Below, piece by piece: positions 15,613 to 25,648 of a stretch of DNA of 32,000 nucleotides. This DNA comes from Patescibacteria group bacterium (GTDB lineage Bacteria > Patescibacteriota > Patescibacteriia > 2-01-FULL-39-33): assembly GCA_041649575.1 (NCBI GenBank), contig JBAZMW010000001.1:60001-92000 (forward strand). Direction: 5' to 3'. The position numbers were made by a program, and so were the translations under genes. The notes beneath the pieces are model-generated. The model saw only the letters and a program-made list of their open reading frames with translations. It made no database searches and had not been told where the DNA came from. Position 1 is the stretch's first letter, and each line of letters begins with the position of its first letter.

Positions 15613-16974
15613 TTATTGACCGCCAATTCTTTGAGCCGCCTCTTGCACGGCAGTGTTGCCTCCGGGCAAAGCTCCGGCCAGCCAAATCATGGCGCCGCCC
15701 CAAAGGCCAATATTATAGATCCGGTAGCCGACGTAAAGTATCAAAGCGATAATGCTAAACAAAATTCCGTTAATAATGGCCAGAATAATTATTTCGGTCC
15801 ATTTAGCCAGCTCTTTTGGCAGCCACCGGCCGATCAAGTAGTCTTCGCCAAAGTCGGCTATTTTATCGGTAAAGAGGGTGGTTGCCAGATAGAGATTCAG
15901 TCCCCAAAGAGTGAGAGTAGTCCAATCAAGCCAGACCGCTCCCCACATTGAAGTAAGAATGGCGGCACTCTCTTGCTTGACGGCCAAATTAACCGTAGCT
16001 TTGGCATCGGAAATTTTTAAAGAAGCGGCTAGGCTGGCGGCTTGTTTAAAGTTGTTTCTCGATTTCTCCCTGGCGCTTTGAATTCTTTGTTCTGTCGTTT
16101 GCCTTAGTTTGTCAGCTTCTTTTTCTTTGCTTTTATTTTTTTCTGATTCTTTTTTGTTTTCTTCTTCGACTTCTGGGGTTGGTGCTTGCGATTTTAGATC
16201 GCCGTTTTTTTCGTCTTTTTTGCCAGTGGCGTCTTCTTTTGGTTTTTTATCTTTTTTATCATCCTCCCCCTTTTTCTCACCTTCCGCCTTTTCCGATTTT
16301 TTGTCTTTCTTGTCTTTTTTTTCGCCTTCCTTTTCCTTTGCCCCTGTTTCTCCAGCCGGTTTTTCTTCCTCATCTGTTGCCTCGGCCGGCTCTCCAGCGA
16401 TATTTTTTTTATGTTCTTCACCGGCCTCGGTTTGTGGTTCTGTCTCCGTTTCTTCTTCCGAGTCAGAAAAGAGATTGGCATTAGTGTCTTCACCGGCGCC
16501 TCCCCAATCTTCACTCTGGTCGTAGATGTCTTCTAGATCATAGGGATTTTCTTTGTCCCGCGGCAGATAGCCTTCCGCCTCCCTCCTTTTTTCTAACCGG
16601 GCTTCCTCCTGTTTTCTTCGTAAAGCGGCAGCCTGGCTGGAGCTGTCTTTTAGGCCGCCACTGCCAATAATGGAAGCGTTGGCAGCCCGTCTAGCAACAC
16701 CCAAGGTATCGCCAAAATTTTTTGCTCCGGCTTTGGCTCGGCCAATCGCTCCTTGCTGGGCCAGAGGAAAACCGCTGGCTCGAGAGCTGATTTTTTGGGC
16801 TATTTTGTCTAGTGTTAGGCCGGCAACTCTGGTCATTCTGCCCGCGCGGCTGTTGGGACTAATGGCGCCAGCGGCTTTGGTTGCCCCGGCCAGGCCTCTT
16901 AAGCCAAGAGTGTCCAAAGACCTACCCGCCGGGCGAGAGGTTCTGTTTAATTGGTGGGCGAGATTATCGGACAT
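15613..16974 (-). CDS. Multi-TM protein with long K/E/D-rich linker, possible T4SS accessory membrane protein
   Basis: Ala/Gly-rich N-terminus, highly charged linker (about 16100-16560), then hydrophobic C-terminal segments. The T4SS link rests only on location. Confidence 0.7.
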   Translation of the reverse strand: MSDNLAHQLNRTSRPAGRSLDTLGLRGLAGATKAAGAISPNSRAGRMTRVAGLTLDKIAQKISSRASGFPLAQQGAIGRAKAGAKNFGDTLGVARRAANASIIGSGGLKDSSSQAAALRRKQEEARLEKRREAEGYLPRDKENPYDLEDIYDQSEDWGGAGEDTNANLFSDSEEETETEPQTEAGEEHKKNIAGEPAEATDEEEKPAGETGAKEKEGEKKDKKDKKSEKAEGEKKGEDDKKDKKPKEDATGKKDEKNGDLKSQAPTPEVEEENKKESEKNKSKEKEADKLRQTTEQRIQSAREKSRNNFKQAASLAASLKISDAKATVNLAVKQESAAILTSMWGAVWLDWTTLTLWGLNLYLATTLFTDKIADFGEDYLIGRWLPKELAKWTEIIILAIINGILFSIIALILYVGYRIYNIGLWGGAMIWLAGALPGGNTAVQEAAQRIGGQ

Positions 16975-17009
16975 CTAAATAAAGTTTAGCCGCGCCAATA
17001 CTGATCAAA

Positions 17010-19490
17010 TTAGGCGTTGACGCTTAACTTTATTATACCATTTTTTTCGCTAAGCTGCACAGTATTGCCGGCAGAGGCCCTATCTTCAAGAATTTTTTGG
17101 GACAGCGGCATTTCTATCAGCTCTTGAATTGTCCGGCTGATGGCGCGGGCGCCGGGAGAATCTTTTTGGCTTTCTTTGGCGAGAAAAACGATTAGCTTGC
17201 GGCTGAATTTCAAAGCAATTTTTTGTTTTTTCAGTTTTTCTTCCAATTTTTTCAGTTCCAGCTTGACGATGTCTTCCAAATCGTGACTGGAAAGCGGGTT
17301 AAAGTAGATTATTTTATCAACCCGATTCAAAAATTCCGTTCTAAAATGATTTTTAACTTCATTGATAATTATTTTTTCCAGAGGTGAAGAAAACTTTTCT
17401 TGACTTTGAGAAAAACCGATGGTTTTCTGTCGCTGAAAACGGTGGGAACCAAGATTGGAAGTCATGATAATGACAGTGTTTCTAAAGTTAATTTTAACTC
17501 CGGTGGCATCGGTCAGGTAGCCATTATCGAGCACTTGAAGCAGTAAATTGAAAACTTCCGGATGCGCTTTTTCGATTTCATCGAATAAAATTAAAGAGTA
17601 GGGACGATGTTTGACTTTTTCGGTCAGTTGCCCGCTCTCTTTGTAGCCGACATAGCCTGCCGGGGCTCCAATCAACTTGGAAATATTGAATTTTTCGCTG
17701 TATTCCGACATGTCAATGCGAATCAGCGCTTCAGGGCTGTTAAAAATCGATTGAGCCAGAATTTTGGCGGTATAGGTTTTGCCGACGCCGCTTGGTCCGA
17801 CAAAAATAAAGGAAGCAAGAGGCTTGGTCTCATCGGTTAGTCCGGCCTTGGCTCTTTTGACAAAGCCGGCAATGGTTTTCAAGGCCCCGTCCTGTCCGAT
17901 AATCATTTCTTTTATCTGCTGGTCCAAATTAAGCAGTTGGCGTTTTTCCGAAGAGAGCAGGTTGTCCAGAGGAATGCCGGTGATTTTAGTGAGAATTTGG
18001 GCGACATCTTTATCGGTTATTTCACCGATGTTCAAGTGAGATTTTTTTTGATTTTTTTTCTTTAAGGCGCCTAGCTCTTCGTTTAATAGTTCAACTTGTT
18101 TTTTAAACGCCAGCGCTTCGGCAAAGTTTTCACTAAAGATCGCCGTTTCCTTGTTTTTATTCAAACTGCTTATTTCCTCGGTCAGTTTGTAGATTTTTTT
18201 GTCTAGAGCGGATGTTTTTTTGTTAATTCTAATGGCGGCGCAGGCTTCATCAATGAGGTCGATCGCCTTATCGGGCAAAAATCGTTCCGGCAGGTATCTT
18301 TGGCTAAGCGTGATGGCGGCGCTGATGGCCGTTTCATTAATTCTAACGTGATGAAAATTTTCTAGATTTTCTTTGATGCCCAGTAGGATTTTTCGGCCTT
18401 GTTCGCCGGTTGGCTCATCAATTTTTACCGGTTGAAAGCGGCGGTTTAAGGCCGGGTCGTTTTCGATAGTTTTGCGATAATCCTCAAAAGTGGTGGCGCC
18501 GAGGCAATGAATCTCGCCTCTGGCTAGAGCCGGTTTCAAAATATTGGCCGTGTCCAGCGACCCGGAGGCCGAGCCGGCGCCGACGATATTGTGGATTTCA
18601 TCAATGAAAATGATGACTTCGGGACGGTTTTTGACCTCCTCGATTATCTGTTTGATGCGGTTCTCAAATTCGCCACGGTACATGGTGCCGGCAATGGTGG
18701 CAGTAAGATCTAGCGAATAAATTTTTTTGTCTCGCAATATTTCTGGCACATCGCCGGACAGGATTTTTTTGGCTAAACCCTCGACGATGGCGGTTTTGCC
18801 CACGCCGGGCTGGCCCAAAATAATGGGATTATTTTTGGTGCGGCGGGACAAAATCTGGATAACCCGACTGATTTCCTCCTCGCGCCCGATGACGGGGTCG
18901 ATTTTTTTCTGTACTTTGGGCGAAGTCAAATTGACGCCAAAAACATCCAGGACTCCGGTTTGGCCGTAGGGGACTTCCGGGTCGAGATATTCCTCCGATC
19001 GTTTGCCGATAACCTGAAATATTTCGGTCAGGTCGGGGAGCTTGGAAGCGCTTTTTAAGACGGCCGCGGCTCTTTGTACCAAATCATTTTCCGAAAGTTT
19101 GAAATTGTTGAATATTTTTTTAACCTCCTGGTCTCCGACTTCCAAGATGGCGGTCAAAAGATGTTCAGTGCCGATGTATTTATGGCGATTAAGATAAGAA
19201 ATCTGAACTGATTTTTGAATAATTTTTTTGGCGTCGGGAGAAAATTGAGGCAGAACTTTTGTCACGGCTTGGTTTTTTGACAAATGACTTTGGGCAATGC
19301 TGTTTTTGACTTCGGCCGGCTTAAGCTCTAAAGAATTAAAAAGCTCGGCGCCGACGCTACCGCGCTGGAGGATCAAACCGTAAAGGAGATGAATCGGATC
19401 AATCCAAAAATGGGCCAACTCCTGAGCCAGTTCGGCGGCGGTTTTAAGAGATTTTTTATAATTATTGGAGAATTTATCCAAAGTGTCCAT
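17010..19490 (-). CDS. clpC: ClpC/ClpB-family AAA+ ATPase
   Basis: Two AAA modules: [15 protein letters not shown] and [13 protein letters not shown]; [15 protein letters not shown] and [22 protein letters not shown]. Clp-N repeats and [10 protein letters not shown]. ClpC rather than ClpB is an inference from the short middle domain. Confidence 0.9.
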   Translation of the reverse strand: MDTLDKFSNNYKKSLKTAAELAQELAHFWIDPIHLLYGLILQRGSVGAELFNSLELKPAEVKNSIAQSHLSKNQAVTKVLPQFSPDAKKIIQKSVQISYLNRHKYIGTEHLLTAILEVGDQEVKKIFNNFKLSENDLVQRAAAVLKSASKLPDLTEIFQVIGKRSEEYLDPEVPYGQTGVLDVFGVNLTSPKVQKKIDPVIGREEEISRVIQILSRRTKNNPIILGQPGVGKTAIVEGLAKKILSGDVPEILRDKKIYSLDLTATIAGTMYRGEFENRIKQIIEEVKNRPEVIIFIDEIHNIVGAGSASGSLDTANILKPALARGEIHCLGATTFEDYRKTIENDPALNRRFQPVKIDEPTGEQGRKILLGIKENLENFHHVRINETAISAAITLSQRYLPERFLPDKAIDLIDEACAAIRINKKTSALDKKIYKLTEEISSLNKNKETAIFSENFAEALAFKKQVELLNEELGALKKKNQKKSHLNIGEITDKDVAQILTKITGIPLDNLLSSEKRQLLNLDQQIKEMIIGQDGALKTIAGFVKRAKAGLTDETKPLASFIFVGPSGVGKTYTAKILAQSIFNSPEALIRIDMSEYSEKFNISKLIGAPAGYVGYKESGQLTEKVKHRPYSLILFDEIEKAHPEVFNLLLQVLDNGYLTDATGVKINFRNTVIIMTSNLGSHRFQRQKTIGFSQSQEKFSSPLEKIIINEVKNHFRTEFLNRVDKIIYFNPLSSHDLEDIVKLELKKLEEKLKKQKIALKFSRKLIVFLAKESQKDSPGARAISRTIQELIEMPLSQKILEDRASAGNTVQLSEKNGIIKLSVNA

Positions 19491-19516
19491 AAAATTTAAT
19501 TAGATTTAAAATAAAA

Positions 19517-20398
19517 TTAGGCCATGGTTCGCAATTTTTTTATACGGTCATCAAGAGGGGGATGAGTGGAAAAAGCGTTAGTAAAAATTTTTTTGCTTTT
19601 GGCAAAAGGATTGGCAATATACAAATGGGCGGTAGCGCCACTGGCCCTGATTAAAACAGCTGGGTCGTTTTTGATTTTTTCCAAAGCTCGAGCCAAGCCT
19701 TCTGGATAACGGGTTAAGAGTGAGCCGGCAGCGTCGGCCAGATATTCACGGTTGCGAGAAATTGCTAACTTTATCAGTTGAGCGATTAAAGGCGAGACAA
19801 TAATTAAGATAAGGCCTAAAATCATTAAAACCGAACCGCCGTTTTCGTTATTGTTTCTCCGGCCACGGAAAAAGCTACCACGCCAAAACCAGTCGGCCAA
19901 AAGAACAATCACACTGACCAGAACTATGACAACAGTCATTAACCGGATGTCATAGTTTTTGATATGAGAGAGCTCATGGGCAATGACGCCTTCCAGCTCC
20001 TCATTCTCTAATTTAGCGACAGCGCCGGTGGTGATGGCCAGAGAGGAGTGCCGGGGATCGCGGCCGGCGGCAAAAGCATTGATGGCCGGGTCATTGATCA
20101 GATAAATTTTCGGCAGCGGCAAGCCGGCAGTGAGACAGAGGTTTTCCACCAGCCGATAGACATAGGCGTTTTCGTTTTTGGTGATAGCTTTGGCGCCGGC
20201 AGCCGCCAGGGCCAGCTTATCGCCGGAAAAATAACCAAGCAGACTCAGGGCGATCGAGATAGCCGCAGCGATTAGCAAAACGCCATTGCCATATTCGGTG
20301 AGATAACCGAGGAGGTAGCCCAGAAGAGAAATCAGAGCGATAAAAATAATAATTAAAATCCAGGTTTTACGTTTGTTGGAATCAATTTGGGAATACAT
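19517..20398 (-). CDS. htpX: M48 family membrane metalloprotease HtpX
   Basis: Multiple TMs, GVIAHELSHIKNYDIR (HExxH), REYLADAAGSLLTRYPEGLARALEKI, HPPLDDRIKKLR. Confidence 0.95.
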   Translation of the reverse strand: MYSQIDSNKRKTWILIIIFIALISLLGYLLGYLTEYGNGVLLIAAAISIALSLLGYFSGDKLALAAAGAKAITKNENAYVYRLVENLCLTAGLPLPKIYLINDPAINAFAAGRDPRHSSLAITTGAVAKLENEELEGVIAHELSHIKNYDIRLMTVVIVLVSVIVLLADWFWRGSFFRGRRNNNENGGSVLMILGLILIIVSPLIAQLIKLAISRNREYLADAAGSLLTRYPEGLARALEKIKNDPAVLIRASGATAHLYIANPFAKSKKIFTNAFSTHPPLDDRIKKLRTMA

Positions 20399-20541
20399 AA
20401 AACTAATAATTCAAAATTATTTTTTGTTTCTGCCGGATTGATCAAATTGAAGCCGGTTCCAGAGGATAATTTTCAAACAAATTGATGATAATCCAATTTT
20501 TTTAAATTAAAAAATCACTCGCCTGGTTTGAAAATTAGAAT

Positions 20542-21099
20542 TTAAAATTTTACCGTCACGTTTTCTTTCTCGCCAGCTTCAGTTTCAAAAAAAGCGAATT
20601 CTTTAAAACCCAAGGCGTTGCCTATTAAGTTATTGGGGAAGATTTGAATCTTAATGTTAAAGTCACGCACGTTACCGTTGTAGAAGCGTCTAGCTGCTTG
20701 GATTTTATTTTCGGTGTCGGCGAGCTCATCTTGTAGCTGCAAAAAATTTTGGTTGGCTTTGAGGTCGGGGTAGCTTTCGGCCAAGGCAAAGATGGATTTT
20801 AAAGTAGCGGAAAGAGCGTTTTCCGCTTTGGCTTTTTCTTCCAAATTGGCGCCCGGCTTCATGGCGGCGTTTCTGGCTTCGATAACTTTTTGCAAAGTTT
20901 CCTGTTCGTGTTTGGCATAACCTTTGACCGTTTCCACTAAGTTAGGAATCAAATCGTGGCGTCTTTTTAACTGGACGTCAATATCGGACATAGCTTCGTC
21001 AGTCCTGGTTTTTAGCTTAATTAAGCTATTATAAACCGCTATCAGCCAAACAATTATGATGGCTATGGCGGCCAAAACAACCCAAAGAATATCAGTCAT
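20542..21099 (-). CDS. lemA: LemA family protein
   Basis: N-terminal TM, YNSLIKLKTRTDEAMSDIDVQLKRRHDLIPNLVETVKGYAKHEQETLQKVIEAR, ENALSATLKSIFALAESYPDLKAN, RRFYNGNVRDFN. Confidence 0.95.
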   Translation of the reverse strand: MTDILWVVLAAIAIIIVWLIAVYNSLIKLKTRTDEAMSDIDVQLKRRHDLIPNLVETVKGYAKHEQETLQKVIEARNAAMKPGANLEEKAKAENALSATLKSIFALAESYPDLKANQNFLQLQDELADTENKIQAARRFYNGNVRDFNIKIQIFPNNLIGNALGFKEFAFFETEAGEKENVTVKF

Positions 21100-21122
21100 A
21101 TTTTTTAAATTATTTATTAGCT

Positions 21123-21152
21123 TTGATTTAGAGCTTTATTTTGTGTTATAAT
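21123..21152 (+). promoter_or_regulatory. Possible sigma70-type promoter for the surface-protein genes
   Basis: TTGATT (21123-21128), 18-bp spacer, TATAAT (21147-21152), in the divergent intergenic region. Confidence 0.4.
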
Positions 21153-21252
21153 TTAAATAAATAGTTTTAATTTTTACTGTTTTATTGTATAATAAATTGT
21201 ATAACATGACTGTTGATAAGTCAATTTATTTAAACTCTGGAAGGTGACAACT

Positions 21253-22578
21253 ATGAGATGGCCAAGAGCCAAAGGATCTAAATTGTTAATCGTCAATTTC
21301 TTGACGTTTTTGGTTATTTTGGCGTGTTTGACGTTGGCTGGCAAAAACATTGCAGCCCAAACCGCGATTTGGCATGAGCCAGAAGGGACGCCGCCCAACA
21401 ACAATGTGCCCGCACCTTTAAATATTAATACCAAGTTTGTAGGCGATAATTTATCGCTTGAGGGTGGCTGGGACTATGGTTTAGGAGCCATGAAACTCAC
21501 TTTGTCCGGCTGCAACAATGCCAACGAGGTTCTTAAGTGGGACAATGACCAAGAAAAATGGGTTTGCGGTGAAGCCCAGGCCAATAATTTGTTAAGCGTC
21601 TTGCAAAAAAGTTCTGACGCCAGCGAATTTACTGGCAATGTTTTGATTGGCAGTGAAACCAACGGGGCTAATTTGTATTTAGGCGGTGAATTTACAAGTA
21701 AATGGCTTCATGCCACTGCCCAAGGCGACAACAGTATTCTGGGTAATTTGGGTTTGGGCACTATTACTCCACGAGCCAAACTTCATATCTTCGATTTGAG
21801 CAAAAACGCTGAAATCGACTTACAAAGCGTTGATGGCGAGGGCAATCACTGGGCTATTTATCATGACGCCTCTAGTAATTCTTTGCGTTTTTGGAACAAT
21901 AAAGCGCCAGGTGACAAAAATGTTATTTCCTTGGGAGACGGAGGAAAATTGGGACTGGGCACCGTTAATCCCAATAGTAATTTGCATATTTACGACAGTT
22001 CTAAGAATGCAGAAATAGATATTCAAAGCGGCGGTGGCAGCAATGAGCATTGGGCTATTTACCATGATGCCAGTAGCGGTGATTTAAGGTTTTGGAAGGA
22101 CGATAACGATGGCAATTCTAATAACGACAACCAGGTTAAAATCAATAAACAGGGAATAATTACTGCCGAAGATTTTTGTTCGGAATCCGGGAAATGTTTA
22201 AGCGGCGGCTTAGGTTTTATGGGTCAGACCAGCCAGGAATTCACGGGCGCGTCCGGGGGATATAAGGGAGCCAACGCCAAATGTTCGGCACAGTATCAGA
22301 ATAGCCACGTTTGCAGTACGGACGAAATCCTGGCTTTGATTAATAAAGGATTATCGCCGAATTCTGGTTGGGGCTGGATCTCTAACGGGCCGCCAGGATT
22401 TCCGGCGATCATCCCCAACTATAAATCGCGAGTCAATGATTGTAATGGTTGGACTAACGGTACCGGCGATATCAATGGAGAAAAAACTTATGGTAATTGG
22501 TGGCAGTTTGATAGTAATGGCGGTCGAGGATATTTGGTAAATTGTAATGTCGATATGCCGTTTTTGTGCTGTCATTAG
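21253..22578 (+). CDS. Secreted tail-fibre/adhesin-like surface protein with internal repeats
   Basis: N-terminal hydrophobic signal. Repeats (LHIFDLSKNAEIDLQSVDGEGNHWAIYHDASSNSLRFW / LHIYDSSKNAEIDIQSGGGSNEHWAIYHDASSGDLRFW) with LGLGTVNPN motifs. Cys-containing C-terminal domain. ATG 21253 has an upstream AAGGTG. Confidence 0.8.
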   Translation: MRWPRAKGSKLLIVNFLTFLVILACLTLAGKNIAAQTAIWHEPEGTPPNNNVPAPLNINTKFVGDNLSLEGGWDYGLGAMKLTLSGCNNANEVLKWDNDQEKWVCGEAQANNLLSVLQKSSDASEFTGNVLIGSETNGANLYLGGEFTSKWLHATAQGDNSILGNLGLGTITPRAKLHIFDLSKNAEIDLQSVDGEGNHWAIYHDASSNSLRFWNNKAPGDKNVISLGDGGKLGLGTVNPNSNLHIYDSSKNAEIDIQSGGGSNEHWAIYHDASSGDLRFWKDDNDGNSNNDNQVKINKQGIITAEDFCSESGKCLSGGLGFMGQTSQEFTGASGGYKGANAKCSAQYQNSHVCSTDEILALINKGLSPNSGWGWISNGPPGFPAIIPNYKSRVNDCNGWTNGTGDINGEKTYGNWWQFDSNGGRGYLVNCNVDMPFLCCH

Positions 22579-22614
22579 GCGTTTTAAAAGCTTAAATAAA
22601 ATTAATTAAAAAAT

Positions 22615-25600
22615 ATGAACAGTAAAATCGTTTTTAAGACATTAATGCCAATAGCGGTAATGGCATTACTTTTTACGTCTTTAGCTCTGGTGGCCCAAGC
22701 GGCGCCCAATACCACGTGTCCAGGCTCTGGCGGCGGTATTGAGTGTCCCAGCTCCAAACCTTTTTTGTGTGGCGGGGTCTGTGTGGGCTCTTTACCAGTG
22801 CAGCCGCAGGATCCGGATCCTAATAATTACACTCTTGATTGTGACACTTGCCAATGGGTGTGTTATGGAGGAGCGGTCAGCTGTAATGGTTTGTGTAGAG
22901 CATCACAAGCCGGCCAAACTTGTGATTGGTCAGATGCCGCCGATACCGATGACGGCAAAAAGGACGCCTGTGGCAGCTGCGCCTCCTGTAATACTCCCAC
23001 TTATTTGGATTGTCGTGATGTCAGCCGAGGCTGTGCCCGACCGGACGAATTTACCACTTGCGTCGGCGCTAACTGCAACACAACTACAGGAGAATGCAAT
23101 TCCGGTTTTGCCAAAGATTCCTGCGGTCGTTGCGTCTCTAATGTTTATACCCCGGTTTATCTTAATTATTATGAGCCACAAACTGGAAATGTAGCTATTT
23201 CTGGCAACTTAAGAACCTCCAATGGTGATTTATATTTAAGCAGCACCAAAGCCATCAGAGTCGATGGCCTTGGTCAGACAGCTCTAAATATTGGCAACTG
23301 GGACGCTAATGGAGAGGGAGTGCAATTGGGTGTTTGGGGGAGCTTGAGGGTTGGTGATCTTAAAAATTATTGGCAAACAGGAACTGCGGAAGTCAGTATC
23401 AATGGTTCGCCGGCAAAAATCGCTGTTTTAAGCGCTGTTTCTGCCGACGGCCAGTTCCCGATAGGCGCTATCGCCAACGGAGTGGCAATTCTTTCGACAG
23501 AAAATTCCGGCAGTGATCCGTTTATCGATTTGGTTGACGGAAATGACAGTAGTGAGTCTCTTAACCTGAGATACAATCGCGCTTCCCGAACAACCAGTTT
23601 GACCGGATCAGGTAAATATTTTATCGATGGGCCGATTTATTTGTGGGGCGGAGAATATATTTCAGCCGGCAAAGAAGAGGGTAATTGGGGATTAAATCTG
23701 GGGGTTAATGGTGTTGATAGAATGACAATTGCCAGTGGCGGCAACGTTGGGATTGATACTGGCACCGTCGCTCCGGCTTCCAGGCTGACGGTTTTTGGCA
23801 ACGCGCAATTTGGCGATGAAAAAAATTATTGGAAATTTGAGAATACGCCCTTAACAGTTAATGGCCAAACAATCACCGTGGCCTTAGCCAGAGGCAATTC
23901 CGGCGATGGCCAGTGGCCGCTTGGCGCCATTGCTAACGGCGTGGCAGTTTTGGCAGAGGGCGCTGGCAGCAGTCCCTTTCTCATTTTCGTTAATAAGAAT
24001 AACATGGAAAATGCCTTTACCTTGGGCTATAACCCTACTTCCAAAAACGCCTTGTTTACCGGCGCCGATAGTTATTCTTTCGATAATAAAATTAGCCTTG
24101 GCGGCGGTGGTGAATATATTTATTCTCCCAGAGACGGGAATGATCCGGACAGGTGGTCCTTAAAATTTTTTACTGGTTTTAATAACGCCATGACTATCGC
24201 CAATAGCGGTAATGTCGGCATTGGCACCAGCCAGCCACAGCAAAAGTTAGATGTTAATGGAGCTATTCGGCTTGCCGGTCAAGCCCAAGAAACAGATCAG
24301 GCGCTTTATAATATTAATGGCGAGCTTTATTGGAACGGCAGCAAATTAGGTTCTGGACAAGGCGGTTCTGATTGGGTCAAGGTGGGCAATAATCTTGTTT
24401 ATACCGGCGGCAATGTCGGTATTGGCACCACCAACCCGACCAGCGGGCTTGAAGTCAGTGGCCAAATAGCAGTTAAAGCGGTTAATGGCACTGGTGACGG
24501 CTGGGATTATTCTAGTTTTGTTTTGGATTCGACCGACAACAGTAAATGGGGATTAGTCCATCGGCAAGCCGAAAGCAGCCCCCAATTGCAGCACAGTCTT
24601 AATATCGAATATAATTCACCAGGCGGGTTTAGTTATAACAGAATGCTGACTATTATGCCACCAACTAAAGACTTGAGCGGCTTAAGTCCTTTGACCATCA
24701 TGGGTAATGGCGATGTTTTAATGCCAAACAGAGTTGCGATAGCTAGATTGAATCTTGGTAGTAATAGCAGTGATGCAGCCCCCTCTATTACCGGTAATGT
24801 TGGAGCATTATCGTTTTTGACCAATAACCAACAAAGAATGATGGTTGATCTTGGTGGAAATGTGGGCATTGGTCTGGATAATCCCGGGCAAAAGTTAGAT
24901 GTCAGTGGCGTGATTAGAGCGCAGGAGAACGGCGCGGCCAGAATTATTGCCGAAGGAAAGGGCAATGGTTGGGATTATGCCAATATTCTTCTTAAAGGTG
25001 ATACTGGCTCCGGCCCCAATGGTGGCAATACTTGGTCTTTGTCGCATCGTCAGGCTAGCGATTCAGGCAGTGAGTACAAAGACGCCTTGATTGTGGAGTA
25101 TAATGACAGCAGTAATAATAGCCATGATATGATCTGGGTTCAGGCGCCAATAATCGGTATGGAATCGGGACTTAGACCCTTTATGATAAAAAGCAACGGT
25201 GATATTCATATGAGTATGAATTTGTCGGTTGGCGGCAAGGTCGATAGCAGCAACATCAGTATTACTGGTAAGAGTGGCGGTGATAATCCAGAGTTGAGGA
25301 TGAACATGTCTGGTGATAATTATTGGGCGTTATATGGTGACAAAAACGGCCAAGGAGATTTTAGGATTTGGAATCAAACCATCCCGGGAGATAAGAATGC
25401 TCTGGTTGTAAAACAAAATACTGGCAATGTTGGTATTGGAGTGACTAGTCCGACCCAAAAATTAGATATAGCCGGCAACCTGAAGGTACAGGTAAATACT
25501 GCCTCTGCCGCTCCTGCTGCTTGCAGTGCCGCCGAAGAGGGAACAATAAAATATGTGCGAGTAGGCAACGCCGGCCACTATTACGGTTGTGCCAGAACCA

Positions 25601-25635
25601 GCGCCACGGCTTTGAGCTGGAGGAGACTGGAATAG
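22615..25635 (+). CDS. Large secreted fibre-like surface protein with Cys-rich N-terminus and GNVGIGT repeats
   Basis: Signal peptide, Cys-rich region, repeated modules with (S/T)GNVGIGTxxPxxKLDVxG motifs as in phage tail-fibre and trimeric fibre proteins. Confidence 0.85.
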   Translation: MNSKIVFKTLMPIAVMALLFTSLALVAQAAPNTTCPGSGGGIECPSSKPFLCGGVCVGSLPVQPQDPDPNNYTLDCDTCQWVCYGGAVSCNGLCRASQAGQTCDWSDAADTDDGKKDACGSCASCNTPTYLDCRDVSRGCARPDEFTTCVGANCNTTTGECNSGFAKDSCGRCVSNVYTPVYLNYYEPQTGNVAISGNLRTSNGDLYLSSTKAIRVDGLGQTALNIGNWDANGEGVQLGVWGSLRVGDLKNYWQTGTAEVSINGSPAKIAVLSAVSADGQFPIGAIANGVAILSTENSGSDPFIDLVDGNDSSESLNLRYNRASRTTSLTGSGKYFIDGPIYLWGGEYISAGKEEGNWGLNLGVNGVDRMTIASGGNVGIDTGTVAPASRLTVFGNAQFGDEKNYWKFENTPLTVNGQTITVALARGNSGDGQWPLGAIANGVAVLAEGAGSSPFLIFVNKNNMENAFTLGYNPTSKNALFTGADSYSFDNKISLGGGGEYIYSPRDGNDPDRWSLKFFTGFNNAMTIANSGNVGIGTSQPQQKLDVNGAIRLAGQAQETDQALYNINGELYWNGSKLGSGQGGSDWVKVGNNLVYTGGNVGIGTTNPTSGLEVSGQIAVKAVNGTGDGWDYSSFVLDSTDNSKWGLVHRQAESSPQLQHSLNIEYNSPGGFSYNRMLTIMPPTKDLSGLSPLTIMGNGDVLMPNRVAIARLNLGSNSSDAAPSITGNVGALSFLTNNQQRMMVDLGGNVGIGLDNPGQKLDVSGVIRAQENGAARIIAEGKGNGWDYANILLKGDTGSGPNGGNTWSLSHRQASDSGSEYKDALIVEYNDSSNNSHDMIWVQAPIIGMESGLRPFMIKSNGDIHMSMNLSVGGKVDSSNISITGKSGGDNPELRMNMSGDNYWALYGDKNGQGDFRIWNQTIPGDKNALVVKQNTGNVGIGVTSPTQKLDIAGNLKVQVNTASAAPAACSAAEEGTIKYVRVGNAGHYYGCARTSATALSWRRLE

Positions 25636-25648
25636 TCTAAAATGGTAA

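Noticed and set aside
16109-16525. Antisense ORFs rich in Ser/Phe/Leu and overlapping Arg/Lys ORFs
   Set aside because: They are antisense or shifted readings of the Lys/Glu low-complexity linker of the minus-strand gene 15613-16974.
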